From positions 160,001 to 224,000 of the forward strand of contig CAXXHA010000010.1 in NCBI GenBank assembly GCA_963662265.2: 64,000 bases of DNA, in the 5' to 3' direction. The notes beneath the pieces are model-generated. The model was not told where the DNA came from, did no database searches, and saw nothing but the letters and a program-made list of their open reading frames with translations. The translations under genes were made by a program, and so were the position numbers. This DNA comes from Spirochaetia bacterium. GTDB taxonomy: Bacteria > Spirochaetota > Spirochaetia > CADAEX01. Shown piece after piece: positions 49,122 to 60,127 of this stretch (position 1 is the stretch's first letter; every line of letters begins with the position of its first letter).

Positions 49122-49316
49122 ATGATACTTTGCAGGGGAAAATCAACCGGACAGAAGCTGATCAATGAATTAAGCAGTATCGCAGATTCAAAAGGAGCTG
49201 TAAGGCTGATGCTTAATAATGAGAAAAATTCAGAATCCTACAAACGATCTTTTTATAAGAAGCAGGATTTTACTGAATGGGAAAATTTTGCAAATTTTGT
49301 AACCCCGGTTAAATAA
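49122..49316 (+). pseudogene. C-terminal GNAT fragment
   Basis: RGK.TG..LI...A...G..RLML...FY.K..F motif without the N-terminal half. Confidence 0.5.
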
Positions 49317-49565
49317 CTGCAAGCATTACTGTAAGAAATACCCGGGGATTTTTTATTTAATCTGAATAAAAGAAACCCTGAAAAAAAACTGATCATATTG
49401 TACATGAAGAAATTATTAAACAAAACTTCAGCCTTACCGTAAACAACTCCAATCAAACATCATATATATTGACTTTTATATATATAGTTTTTATCTTAAA
49501 TCTCATCAGAAAATATTTATTGTTTAAATAAACGAATATCCTAAAACAGGGAGTGAGCATACATA

Positions 49566-50534
49566 ATGTGGAAACTGCTATCTTTCATACAGAAAAATTT
49601 AATATGGAGCATTCCGGTTACGATGATACTTGGAATAGTCTACGGAACAAGCTTTGATGCGTCAAATCTTAAAGTCTTAATACTTCCGCTTACCTTCCTT
49701 ATGGTTTATCCGATGATGGTAAACCTGCAGGTCAGAAAAGTAGTATCGACAGGCGACTTCAATCTGCAGCTGGCTGTCCAGGTAATCAACTTCACTCTGA
49801 TACCGGCTGCAGCTTTTATACTGGGCAAAACAGCATTTGCCGAAACACCGTTAACAGCGCTGGGACTCCTTCTTGCAGCACTTCTGCCTACAAGCGGCAT
49901 GACAATATCATGGACAGGTTTCGCAAAAGGCAATATAAATGCGGCAATCAAAATGACTGTAATCGGCCTGATTATCGGATCTCTTGCAACACCGCTCTAT
50001 ATCAAATACCTGATGGGAACTGTGATAGAAATACCTCTTGCTGCAATTTTCAGGCAGATTATTCTCATTGTTTTCCTCCCCATGCTTGCGGGACAGATAA
50101 CACAGAAAATAATTATTAAAACAGCGGGTGAGGAAAAATACCATAAAAAGATTAAACAGAAATTTCCTCCAGTTTCTACGCTGGGTGTACTGGGAATTGT
50201 CTTCACAGCAATGGCGCTGAAAGCTGACCTGATTGTAAAAAATCCCTTTTCGCTGTTATACCTGATTGTCCCTCTATTCATACTTTATGCATTCAACTTT
50301 GTCATAAGCACAGCTGCTGCAAAGCTTTTTTTCAACAGGGAGGACGGGATTGCCCTTGTTTACGGAACAGTGATGCGCAATCTCTCAATTGCCCTTGCAA
50401 TAGCAATGACAGTTTTCGGCAAGGCAGGATCTGAAATAGCCCTCATCATTGCAGTAGCATATATTATTCAGGTACAGTCTGCAGCATGGTATGTAAAACT
50501 GACAGATAGAATATTTCCTCTCAAAGCAGCCTGA
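49566..50534 (+). CDS. ACR3/bile acid:sodium symporter family transporter
   Basis: MVYPMM, SWTGFAKGN, RNLSIALA. Confidence 0.85.
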   Translation: MWKLLSFIQKNLIWSIPVTMILGIVYGTSFDASNLKVLILPLTFLMVYPMMVNLQVRKVVSTGDFNLQLAVQVINFTLIPAAAFILGKTAFAETPLTALGLLLAALLPTSGMTISWTGFAKGNINAAIKMTVIGLIIGSLATPLYIKYLMGTVIEIPLAAIFRQIILIVFLPMLAGQITQKIIIKTAGEEKYHKKIKQKFPPVSTLGVLGIVFTAMALKADLIVKNPFSLLYLIVPLFILYAFNFVISTAAAKLFFNREDGIALVYGTVMRNLSIALAIAMTVFGKAGSEIALIIAVAYIIQVQSAAWYVKLTDRIFPLKAA

Positions 50535-50768
50535 ACAGCAGGCTGTTTTGATTTTCAATTATAAGGAGAACCTACCGGAGATAAAGTTGACATGGCTTCT
50601 TTCTAAATCTCACTTATTTTTAAAAAATTACACAGCAAGCTGCGGGGTGATGGATCCGACCGGTGGATAAAGAAATAATTAATACAGAAATCCCGGATTA
50701 TACTTTTTTTTCTATTCTTTCTGTATTAATCTGAAATACAGAACATATTTATAAAAGGAAAAATTATA

Positions 50769-51509
50769 TTGAACGAAATACTTGAACAGATAAAGAAAAG
50801 AAAATCGGTCAGAATCTTCGAAAAAAACGAAATCCCGGGCAATCATAAAGAGGAAATAATACAGTCAGCTTTTGAAGCACCTTCTGCAGGCGGCATGATG
50901 CTTTATTCGATTCTTGATATTACAGATCAGGAACTTAAAGAAAAACTGGCTGTCAGCTGCGACAACCAGATGTTTATCGCAGAGGCTCCGCTTGTTCTTA
51001 TTTTTCTTGCTGATTACCAGAGATGGTATGACACATTCTGCCATTATAAATGCAATCCCAGAAAGCCGGGCGAGGGAGATATTCTTCTTGCTTCTGCAGA
51101 TGCAGTAATTGCTGCCCAGAATACAGTTGTCGCGGCAGAATCCCTTGGACTAGGATCATGTTATATAGGTGATATTCTTGAAAACTGCGAACAGGTTAGG
51201 GAATTGCTTGACCTCCCGGAATATGTATTCCCGGCTGCAATGCTGGTTTACGGCTATCCTACGGAAAAGCAGAAACAGAGAAAAAAACCGGTAAGATTTG
51301 ACAGGGAATATATTGTTTTTAAGAACAGGTACAGAAAACTGCCTGAAGAAAAACATTTTGAAATGCATGAAAAAAGAAATAAAAAGTCAGGAAAATCAAA
51401 CCCGGAATCAATTGAAGCATTCTGCAGCAGAAAATATATGTCTAAATTTTCACTTGAAATGAGCAGGTCAGCTTCTGAATATATGAAAAACTTCAGAGGA
51501 CATCAATAA
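50769..51509 (+). CDS. NfsA/FRP-like nitroreductase
   Basis: RKSVR.F, APSAG, AAESLGLGSCYIG. Confidence 0.9.
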   Translation: MNEILEQIKKRKSVRIFEKNEIPGNHKEEIIQSAFEAPSAGGMMLYSILDITDQELKEKLAVSCDNQMFIAEAPLVLIFLADYQRWYDTFCHYKCNPRKPGEGDILLASADAVIAAQNTVVAAESLGLGSCYIGDILENCEQVRELLDLPEYVFPAAMLVYGYPTEKQKQRKKPVRFDREYIVFKNRYRKLPEEKHFEMHEKRNKKSGKSNPESIEAFCSRKYMSKFSLEMSRSASEYMKNFRGHQ

Positions 51510-51605
51510 CACAGCCGCAAACTAAAGAGCATTACCTGTGCCGGGGAATGACAGGCAGCGGGGAACAAGAAGCTTAAACCGTCCTGTGAAGAAGAGGGGG
51601 ATAAC

Positions 51606-52070
51606 ATGGGAAAAGCTGTCAAATTTATTATATCTCTTGCACTACCTTTAACAGCAGGATTAACAGGTTCTTTTTTCACACGCTCATCAGTTACAACATG
51701 GTATCAGACCTTAAACAAACCTCTTTTTAATCCGCCTGATTATGTTTTTGCACCTGTCTGGACACTGCTCTACCTTCTCATGGGAGTTTCCTTTTTCCTG
51801 ATATGGAATATTAAAAATAATAATAAAAAACCAGCCGTTGCTGTTTACTTTATACAGCTCTTTTTTAACTTCCTTTGGTCCGCTGTTTTTTTCGGACTCA
51901 GGAACCCGCTGGCCGGATTATTTGATATAATACTGCTTCAGGCGCTTATTGCTGTTACAATACTCTTCTTTCACAGGATACATGCAAAAGCATCCTATCT
52001 TCTCATTCCTTACCTGGGATGGGTAACATTTGCTTCTGTACTTAATTTCTCGATAGTTTTACTGAATTAG
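51606..52070 (+). CDS. tspO: TspO/MBR tryptophan-rich sensory protein
   Basis: WYQTLNKP.FNPP..VFAPVWT.LY, LIPYL.WV.FA. Confidence 0.92.
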   Translation: MGKAVKFIISLALPLTAGLTGSFFTRSSVTTWYQTLNKPLFNPPDYVFAPVWTLLYLLMGVSFFLIWNIKNNNKKPAVAVYFIQLFFNFLWSAVFFGLRNPLAGLFDIILLQALIAVTILFFHRIHAKASYLLIPYLGWVTFASVLNFSIVLLN

Positions 52071-52081
52071 GAGGCTGACAG

Positions 52082-52513
52082 ATGGATACAGAAGAAAATT
52101 TACGAAAATTTCAGGCAGATACAGAAAAACTCACACTAAAACAGAAAGCATTCAGACTTTTATTGATCACAGCAGGATCTGTATCTCTTGTCCTCGGGAT
52201 AACCGGGATTTTTCTTCCGATACTACCGACAACACCTTTTCTTCTCCTTGCCGCATTCTGCTATGCAAGAAGTTCCGGCAGATTTTACTCTATGCTGATG
52301 AATAACAGGTATCTCGGAAACTATATAAGAAACTACAGGGAATACAGGGCAATTCCGCTCAAAACAAAGATAGGCTCAATATCACTGCTGTGGATAACAA
52401 TACTTATTTCCGCGTTCATTTTTACAGAGAATCAAATCGGAAGAACAATACTGATAATAATTGCAGCAGCAGTAACCTGGCATATTGTATCAATAAAGAC
52501 ACTGCGGAAATAA
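52082..52513 (+). CDS. YbaN/DUF454 membrane protein
   Basis: GIFLPILPTTPFLLLAAFCYARSS. Confidence 0.9.
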   Translation: MDTEENLRKFQADTEKLTLKQKAFRLLLITAGSVSLVLGITGIFLPILPTTPFLLLAAFCYARSSGRFYSMLMNNRYLGNYIRNYREYRAIPLKTKIGSISLLWITILISAFIFTENQIGRTILIIIAAAVTWHIVSIKTLRK

Positions 52514-52705
52514 CCATTTATGGAGAATAATGGAGGTTTATTTTCATTAAAATAATGGTTTTAAATTTTTATTTTCTAGATATTTTTATTATTTTACAAA
52601 TAAGGAAAAGCAGAAAATAATCAGATACAGGTCAGTAAATATTGCTGAAATATTAACAGGAAAAATGTGCTTCTGATGATACAGAGGAATGAAAAGGATC
52701 ATGAA

Positions 52706-53212
52706 ATGATCGGGAAAAAAGTTGTTATAAATGATTCAATGCAGAAAGGATATTATTATATCACGGAACCTGAGGGAAAAAACTTTGATCCGGAATTCAA
52801 ACCGGAACTTACACCAAAAGAAATGCTGTCTCTCGGCGTATTCGGGGGGAAATATATGACAGACTGCAGAGGGGAATTTCCTGATCAATGGTTTGAAAAT
52901 GCAAAGCTTTCTCCGGATAAAAAAGATATTTCTCTTAATTACTTCAATGTTGATGCATCGCTGCCGCTGCGTATCTGGCAGGACAGGGGGTGGATTCATC
53001 CGGCAGATCCCAGGGGCTGGTTTCAGTGGTACTGCCGTTATTATATGGGCAGAAGAATGGAGGATGAAGACAGTCGCCAGATAAAAAGATGGAAAGCAAT
53101 GAAGAGACATATCGCTCAGATAAGGAAAAACTGCAGACCGGGAGATATTGAATGCAGAAAAAAACAGAGGCAGGCGCTTCTTCACTGGGCTTATGACAGC
53201 AGGAAATATTGA
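52706..53212 (+). CDS. Conserved hypothetical protein
   Basis: F.PELTPKEML.LGVFGGKY, DPRGWFQWYCRYY.GRR, RQALLHWAYD. Confidence 0.75.
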   Translation: MIGKKVVINDSMQKGYYYITEPEGKNFDPEFKPELTPKEMLSLGVFGGKYMTDCRGEFPDQWFENAKLSPDKKDISLNYFNVDASLPLRIWQDRGWIHPADPRGWFQWYCRYYMGRRMEDEDSRQIKRWKAMKRHIAQIRKNCRPGDIECRKKQRQALLHWAYDSRKY

Positions 53213-53453
53213 GAGGAATATTCCGGGTATCAGAGGCTGCTCCCTATTTAATTTTTTAAATATTTGCAATTCTCAAGATTTAAAGATATTATTTAATAAT
53301 AAAACCAATCCTGTATGTTTTCAGCTGTTGTATTAATTCTGTAGGATCTGTTAGTAAAGGATTTAAAGGCAGCGGTAAAATTTAGATATTCCGGAATTCC
53401 ATTTTTCATCAGCCTTTATTCAAATATATAATTTCAAAATCAGGGATTTTAAA

Positions 53454-54356
53454 ATGGCAGATAAAGATATCTATGAAAAAATCATTGAGAATCTTCATGA
53501 CGGTCTCTTCTTCATCAATCAGGATAATATAATCACATACTGGAACAATGCTGCAGAAAGAATTACTGGATACTCAGCTGAGGAAATAATTGGAAAATCA
53601 TACACCGAGACTTTATTAAGCTATTATGATGCAAACGGAGAAATAATCGGCAACAATTTCTGCACGATACAGACCGCTATTTCAGAGGCTCTCCAGGTTG
53701 AAACTGATTTATATATTATTCACAAGAACGGAAAAAAAATACCTGTATCTGTAAGGGTTAGCACTCTGAAAGATAACAATGACAGGATAATAGGAACAAT
53801 AGAACTCTTTACAGATATCAGTACAAAAACAGTCAATGAACTACGTATCAGGGAACTTGAAAAAATGGCGCTAATCGACAATTTGACAATGCTTGCAAAC
53901 CGCCATTATATAGAACGGGAGCTGAAAAGCAGATTTGAGGAAAAAAAGCGGTTTAATATACCTTTCGGAATACTGTTTGCAGATATAGATAATTTTAAAA
54001 ATTTTAATGATACATATGGCCATCTGACAGGGGATGAAGTTCTAAAAAAAGTATCAGAAATATTCATATCAAACTCAAGACCTTTTGATCTTTTCGGAAG
54101 ATGGGGTGGAGAGGAATTTTTGGGAATTATCCGCAATATCAACGGACAGGACCTTCTCAATCTCGGAGAAAAAATGAGAAAACTTGTCGAAAAATCAGAT
54201 ATACAGAATAGCAATGGCAAGCTTAATGTAACAATATCTATAGGGGCAACACTCGTAAAATCAGAAGACAATGTCAACACCCTTATAGACAGGGCAGACA
54301 ACCTGCTGTATGAGAGCAAGGAAAACGGAAGAAACCGTCTATCATCAGATATTTAG
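53454..54356 (+). CDS. PAS-GGDEF diguanylate cyclase
   Basis: WNNAAERITGY PAS; DIDNFK.FND.YGH..GD, RWGGEEF. Confidence 0.92.
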   Translation: MADKDIYEKIIENLHDGLFFINQDNIITYWNNAAERITGYSAEEIIGKSYTETLLSYYDANGEIIGNNFCTIQTAISEALQVETDLYIIHKNGKKIPVSVRVSTLKDNNDRIIGTIELFTDISTKTVNELRIRELEKMALIDNLTMLANRHYIERELKSRFEEKKRFNIPFGILFADIDNFKNFNDTYGHLTGDEVLKKVSEIFISNSRPFDLFGRWGGEEFLGIIRNINGQDLLNLGEKMRKLVEKSDIQNSNGKLNVTISIGATLVKSEDNVNTLIDRADNLLYESKENGRNRLSSDI

Positions 54357-54418
54357 AATAATAAAGATATCGATGAAAATTCATAAACACAGTTTCAAGG
54401 ATTCCTTATAATAAACAG

Positions 54419-55120
54419 ATGAAAAACAGAATAATCGGATTTGATGCAGATGATACATTATGGGTAAATGAACCATATTACAGAGAAACAGAAAAAGAAT
54501 TTGCAGATCTTCTTTCAGGTTTCTATCCAGAAGAGACCGTAAACAGGGAACTTCTGAAAACAGAAATTGCCAATATACCACTCTACGGTTTCGGGGCAAA
54601 AGGATTTACCCTGTCTCTCATTGAGACAGCCCTCAGGCTGAGCAGCAACAGAATAGAACAGGAAAAAATCGGGAAAATCATAGACTTATGCAAGGCCCTC
54701 ATCAACCGCCCCCTGATTCTTCTGGAGGGAGTTGAAGAGACGCTTGAAAAACTTTTCACGAGCGGTTACGGAATGGTTGTTGCCACAAAAGGAGACCTCC
54801 TTGACCAGCAGAGAAAACTCAAAAATTCCGGACTTGAAAAATATTTCGATCATATTGAGATAATGAGTGACAAGAAAGAGAGAGACTATCTGAATCTCAC
54901 AGAAAGACTCGGCATAAGAACTGAAAATTTTGTAATGATTGGAAACTCGCTGAAATCAGACATTCTGCCTGTTATCAGGATCGGGGCATCTGCTGTTCAT
55001 ATTCCGTTTCATACAACATGGGAACATGAAAAAGCAGAAGTTTCAGAAGAAGAAAAGAATAAATATATTGAAGCAGATCATATTAACGATGTAATCAGGA
55101 TTCTGGAAAATAAATATTGA
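54419..55120 (+). CDS. HAD-family hydrolase
   Basis: FDADDTLW, TKGD, MIGNSLKSD. Confidence 0.9.
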   Translation: MKNRIIGFDADDTLWVNEPYYRETEKEFADLLSGFYPEETVNRELLKTEIANIPLYGFGAKGFTLSLIETALRLSSNRIEQEKIGKIIDLCKALINRPLILLEGVEETLEKLFTSGYGMVVATKGDLLDQQRKLKNSGLEKYFDHIEIMSDKKERDYLNLTERLGIRTENFVMIGNSLKSDILPVIRIGASAVHIPFHTTWEHEKAEVSEEEKNKYIEADHINDVIRILENKY

Positions 55121-55264
55121 AAAAAAATAATTCTTAAATAAGAATTATATAGGGAAATAATTTATATAAAATCAGGAATTTTCTGCCGGGGGTTTCAATT
55201 CCGGATAAGTTGATATTTCCGCCGGCACCTGCAATAAAAATAAAATTATTTTCGGGAGGTTTAT

Positions 55265-55786
55265 GTGAAAACTGCTGTTGTTTACAAATCAGTATCTGGC
55301 TTTACAAGGAAATATGCGGAATGGATATCGGAAGAACTTGGCTGCGATATCTATGAGCTTTCCAGGTTTACAGGGAAAAAAATAAAAACCTATGATGCTT
55401 TTATTTACGGCGGCCCGCTTCATGCTGTAGGTATATCAGGATTAAAATCATTCAGAAGCAGGATAGGAAAAGCTGATGGAAAAAAAGTTATCATATATGC
55501 CTGCGGCGCTTCTCCTGAAAATAGAAAAGTGCTTTCTGATATTGAAAGAAAGAATTTTCCTGAACAGAGGAAAGAAAACATATCATTTCATTACCTTAGA
55601 GGCGGCTTCAACTACAGCAAGCTCAATTTAACAAACCGCCTGATAATGTCAATGATGAGAAACATGCTTGAAAAGAAAAAAGACAGAACTGAAGAGGAAC
55701 AGCAAATGCTTGATTCCTATGACAATCCTGTAGACTTTACACAAAGAGAAAATATAAAACCGCTTATTGAAGAACTTCTGACATAA
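55265..55786 (+). CDS. Flavodoxin-domain protein (HemG-like)
   Basis: YKSVSGFTRKYAEWI, YLRGGFNY. Confidence 0.82.
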   Translation: MKTAVVYKSVSGFTRKYAEWISEELGCDIYELSRFTGKKIKTYDAFIYGGPLHAVGISGLKSFRSRIGKADGKKVIIYACGASPENRKVLSDIERKNFPEQRKENISFHYLRGGFNYSKLNLTNRLIMSMMRNMLEKKKDRTEEEQQMLDSYDNPVDFTQRENIKPLIEELLT

Positions 55787-55853
55787 GAGGGGATAATATT
55801 CAGTATTTTTGGAATAAAACCACTGATCAAGGTTTTCAGAAACCGGGGGAAAT

Positions 55854-56351
55854 ATGGATTTAAAAGATGTATTAAAAAAAGCAATTCAGGGAGAAATTGA
55901 AGGAAGAGAACTGTACAGAATGGCTTCAGAAAAAAGTGATGATGAAAAGGCAAGGGAGGTTTTTGCTTTTCTTGCGGAAGAGGAAAATTCACATATCACA
56001 GCTCTCCAGTCAATTTATAAATCATTTATTGATGAGGAAGAACTTGCCATAGCTCTTCCTGATAAAAAAATAACTCTGGATAAAGCGGACAATCCTATTT
56101 TTTCAGCGAATTTCAAAGAGAGACTAAAGGGAAAACATTTTGAAATCTCAGCTATTTCAATAGGGATGAAGCTGGAAATGGATTCATACAAATTTTATTC
56201 AGAAATGGCTGAACAGGCATATGACATAAAATTAAAGGAATTTTTCAAAAGCTTGTCTGACTGGGAAAAATCCCATTACAATGCTCTGAACAGGGAAATG
56301 GAATCTCTCCAGAATGATTATTTTGAAATGAACAACTTTGCACCCTTCTGA
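55854..56351 (+). CDS. Ferritin-like/rubrerythrin-family protein
   Basis: E...Y, EE..H, E...Y, WE..H di-iron motifs. Confidence 0.88.
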   Translation: MDLKDVLKKAIQGEIEGRELYRMASEKSDDEKAREVFAFLAEEENSHITALQSIYKSFIDEEELAIALPDKKITLDKADNPIFSANFKERLKGKHFEISAISIGMKLEMDSYKFYSEMAEQAYDIKLKEFFKSLSDWEKSHYNALNREMESLQNDYFEMNNFAPF

Positions 56352-56377
56352 TTTAAGCCGGCTCTTCATATCATTAT

Positions 56378-56407
56378 AAACTCTCCGCAAAGCCGGGGAG
56401 TTTTTTT
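56378..56407 (+). terminator. Intrinsic terminator
   Basis: AACTCTCCG-CAAAGC-CGGGGAGTT followed by a T run. Confidence 0.7.
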
Positions 56408-56556
56408 ATAAAACTGGCCAATAAGAAAAACAGTTAAAAATATAAAAAACCTATTAACCGGCAACAGGTGCAGAGGGATTGCAATATTCAGCTTTTTTAA
56501 AAGAAAGGGTGACATAAATGATATCCTGCAGGAACTGGATACAACAGGATTGCAGT

Positions 56557-57420
56557 TTAACAGAGCTGTTCACACAAAGCAGACTGCATAAGAATATCTT
56601 TCCACTCATCTTCATATGCCGGGAAAAATTTCAGGAGGAATCCCCCCCTGTGACAGAATATTGTCTCTCCTACATCTGCCCTGCAGAAATCAAGGTTATC
56701 ATAACCGTGATTTGTCCTGAAAAGTGTTCTTGAAGCTTCATCATCCTCATCAAATGAATAAACAGCATCTGCAGTATAATTATCAACAATATCCTTATCA
56801 GCCGACCGGGTTGCCTGGAAAAGACCTTCAGGCGGCCTTTTGTTGTAAACAAGCACCTTAAGCCCGGCAATCTCCTTTATCCCGACATTTCCATCTTCAG
56901 ACAGCCATTCAGCTGCAAGAAGGCATTTTTCTTCAAAACTGATTTTTTCCTTAAGACCTTCGGTAAAAATACCTGTTATCAGGCGCGGATCCTCTTCAAA
57001 AGCCTTTAGAACAATATTCTGGGGAAATGAAAAATACTTTCTGCTCTCATCCGATGTTTCAAAATCTAATAAAGCTTTCTGCCCCTGGGTATCAACTTTT
57101 GAAACAAGACTGATATATTCATTAAGCTTGCTCCCTTCAAGTTCCGGGAAAAAATAGTCAAAAACAAGCTTTGCTGAACAGGAAAGGTTTATGTCCTGAT
57201 GATGATCAAACATCCTGTTATCAGGATCATATAAAAGGCCGCAGTCTATGAAATATGTATCGCTTTCGTAATCACCTGTTTCGGCAAGAGCTGCAGCTTC
57301 CTGAGAATTCATTCTTGTTATTTCTTCGGGAAGTTCATTCCTGTAAACTGCAATCAGTGATATAGCAAGAAGTTCATCCATATGGGCTTTACCATGGTGA
57401 GTTATTATTCTGTATCCCAT
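56557..57420 (-). CDS. MYG1-like (DHH superfamily) protein
   Basis: THHGKAHMDE, D.G..YDP....FDHHQ, FCH..GF. Confidence 0.8.
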   Translation of the reverse strand: MGYRIITHHGKAHMDELLAISLIAVYRNELPEEITRMNSQEAAALAETGDYESDTYFIDCGLLYDPDNRMFDHHQDINLSCSAKLVFDYFFPELEGSKLNEYISLVSKVDTQGQKALLDFETSDESRKYFSFPQNIVLKAFEEDPRLITGIFTEGLKEKISFEEKCLLAAEWLSEDGNVGIKEIAGLKVLVYNKRPPEGLFQATRSADKDIVDNYTADAVYSFDEDDEASRTLFRTNHGYDNLDFCRADVGETIFCHRGGFLLKFFPAYEDEWKDILMQSALCEQLC

Positions 57421-57658
57421 TTTATCTCCGGTAATATCTAAATATCTAATTCATAGTATGATTAGAGTGTACAAGTCTAATGACAGGGGATAAAATAATA
57501 TATAGAAAAAAAGACTGAATTTAAATACTTTCATACATGAATCATTGCATAAACTTTGATTATTCAGTTTTTTTACAGATAGAATAATTATTTTCATATG
57601 AAATTTTATTTATCAGAATTGTTTATCAATTTCCTGTTGAATAAAATACTGTAACCAC

Positions 57659-58321
57659 ATGGACGGCAAAATCAGAAAAACGGAGATCAGATTGAACATT
57701 GAAAGACTTAAACTGGCAGAACAGATGTTTTTTAAAAAATATCCCGAAGGATTCAATGCTCCGGAAATGCTGGAAATAGCAAAAAAACACAAACCGGAAA
57801 AAATGCATTCAATGGCACGGGAATTTTTCAGTAGAGAGAATTTTTCAAACCCTGAAAATATTGTAGAAAACATGATTAAAATCATAACAAGATCTTCAAT
57901 GGTTTCTGTTTTTGAAAAACCTAAATTCCGCGATTATGCAAGGTCCCTTGAAAAAGGGGAAAAACTGGTACTTGCAAAAGGTCTTGAAGACTTTCTTTAC
58001 AGTAACCAGGAAGCCGGATTTTCAGCAATAGTTGATATTCTCACTCCCGGGAAAATAGCAAAATGGCCTGTAATAACAGTGATACCTGAATACTTTAATC
58101 CACAGTGGGAAATATTTGTAAAACCTACAACAGCAAAGAATGTCCTTTCCTTTTTTGATATTCACGATCCTGTATACAGACCTAAACCGACTTTTGATTT
58201 CTACACAAAATACAGAGATATAATAAACAGCATGAAGAAAGAGGTTTCTGAATCTCTTGCTCCATCCAATGCGGCATTCTGCGGATTTCTGATGATGATA
58301 ATGGACCCGGAACAATGCTGA
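57659..58321 (+). CDS. Conserved hypothetical protein
   Basis: Long ORF with YPEGF, VSVFEKPKFRD, KPTTAK, NAAFCGFLM. Confidence 0.7.
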   Translation: MDGKIRKTEIRLNIERLKLAEQMFFKKYPEGFNAPEMLEIAKKHKPEKMHSMAREFFSRENFSNPENIVENMIKIITRSSMVSVFEKPKFRDYARSLEKGEKLVLAKGLEDFLYSNQEAGFSAIVDILTPGKIAKWPVITVIPEYFNPQWEIFVKPTTAKNVLSFFDIHDPVYRPKPTFDFYTKYRDIINSMKKEVSESLAPSNAAFCGFLMMIMDPEQC

Positions 58322-58364
58322 ACAGAATTCTACAGAAACCGGAACACAGGAGAAACAGAAACAA

Positions 58365-58847
58365 ATGAAAATACTGTATATTTTTACAGCACTCTGCATT
58401 GCAGCTTCTTTTCTTACTGACAGGAAAAAAACAAAGCAGGCATTTAAAAAAGCCCTTAAAAAATTTGAAAAAATGATACCTCCCTTCCTCACGATGATTA
58501 TTGCAATATCAATAGTCCTCTATTTCCTTTCAGACAGAGTACTCCTTAATATACTGGACAACAGCAACCGCACAGTATCTGTCATGCTCGCATCTCTTCT
58601 GGGTTCTATATCTTTCATGCCGGGATTCATAACCTATCCATTGTGCGGCCTGCTTCTTGATAAAGGGGTAAGCTACACAGTACTTTCAGCATTCACCACA
58701 ACTCTGATGATGGTGGGAGTTCTTACATTCCCTGTTGAAAAAGCATACTTCGGAAGCAGGGTAACTGTTATCAGAAACCTGATAGGTTTCATTACAGCAC
58801 TTATTGTGGCATTTGCTACAGGACTCTTCTTCGGGGAGATTTTCTGA
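58365..58847 (+). CDS. Permease (DUF318-like half)
   Basis: Hydrophobic; LGSI..MPGFI.YP. Confidence 0.75.
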   Translation: MKILYIFTALCIAASFLTDRKKTKQAFKKALKKFEKMIPPFLTMIIAISIVLYFLSDRVLLNILDNSNRTVSVMLASLLGSISFMPGFITYPLCGLLLDKGVSYTVLSAFTTTLMMVGVLTFPVEKAYFGSRVTVIRNLIGFITALIVAFATGLFFGEIF

Positions 58848-59369
58848 TGAAAAAGAATTTAATAATCAAAGGAATTATTATACTGCTCTACGGCTGTTTT
58901 CTTGCATGGTCATGGTTTACAGGTTTTAAACCGGGGATTGAAATAGGAAAAACTTTTTCCCATTTTGTATCAGACCTTATAAGCATTATCCCATGCGTAT
59001 TCATACTTCTGGGACTTTTTGAAGTGTGGGTAAAAAGGGAAACTGTTGAAAAACATCTGGGAGAAAAATCATCCTTCCTGAGTTACATATGGGTAATTCT
59101 TCTCGCGGGAACAACCGTGGGGGGGGCTTTATCTGGCATTTCCTGTTGCCTATACACTTTATAAAAAGGGGGCAAGGCTTTCCGTTATTTTCACATATAT
59201 AGGTGCATCTGCTGTATGCAGGATTCCGATGACAGCGTTTGAAGCATCATTCCTGGGGCTGAAATTCACACTTGTAAGGCTTTCTGTATCAGTACCTCTT
59301 ATCATACTCAGTTCGCTGATTCTTGAAAAATTTCTGAAAAATAAAAACTTTGAAATAAATGAGGGATAA
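58847..59369 (+). CDS. Permease (second half), split by one extra G in the G8 run (59119-59126)
   Basis: Removing one G gives TVGGLYLAFPVAYTLYKKGA, open to TAA at 59367-59369. Confidence 0.72.
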
Positions 59370-59371
59370 GA

Positions 59372-60046
59372 ATGTTAAGAAAAGAAATAAAAATAATTTC
59401 AAAAAAAGGCATCAGCTATCAGCTTGAAAACGGAAAAATCCTTAAATTCAAACCATGGCTGGGGGACCTTTTTGCCTTCAAATATGATGAAATAATGGAG
59501 AAGTCAATTTTCCCGAAAAAATTCAAATCCGACATGGTGAAACATGAAAACACTATCAGGTCGGAGTTGAAAGATATTCATGAAAAAATGGTACTGGAAC
59601 TTGCCTGCGGAAGCGGCAGCCTCTCAAAACAGCTGCCTGAAGACAATATCTATACAGGAATCGATATCAGCCCGGGGCTTGTAAAAAATGCGGTTAAAAA
59701 GTTCAAATCGGAAGGATTCAAGGATGCCCGTTTTTTCATATCTGATGTTTCAGATCTGCCGTTTGAAGATAACAGCTTTGACATATGCATATGCAGCCTT
59801 TCGCTCAATTTTTTCCCGGACACAGAAAACACAGCAGAAGAAATTTACAGGGTACTGAAGCAGGGAGGATGTTTTTTCTGCTGTGTTCCAGTCCCTGAAA
59901 GAGTGCCGGAAGGAAGCACAGTAAGGGGGACTCTTCACACAGAAGCTGAACTTGAAAAGATTTTCACAGGAAGACATTTCAGCTTCAATTCCTTTTCAGA
60001 CCAGTTAAACGGGGCGCTGCTATATTTCAAGGCAGAAAAAACATAG
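59372..60046 (+). CDS. Class I SAM-dependent methyltransferase
   Basis: VLELACGSG, GIDIS, LPFEDNSFD. Confidence 0.88.
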   Translation: MLRKEIKIISKKGISYQLENGKILKFKPWLGDLFAFKYDEIMEKSIFPKKFKSDMVKHENTIRSELKDIHEKMVLELACGSGSLSKQLPEDNIYTGIDISPGLVKNAVKKFKSEGFKDARFFISDVSDLPFEDNSFDICICSLSLNFFPDTENTAEEIYRVLKQGGCFFCCVPVPERVPEGSTVRGTLHTEAELEKIFTGRHFSFNSFSDQLNGALLYFKAEKT

Positions 60047-60127
60047 ATTTCACTGCTCAGCCGATACTGATGAAAAATGAGCAGGAAGTGAAATCCCCAT
60101 TATAAAATACCGGAGGTTTTATAAAAA

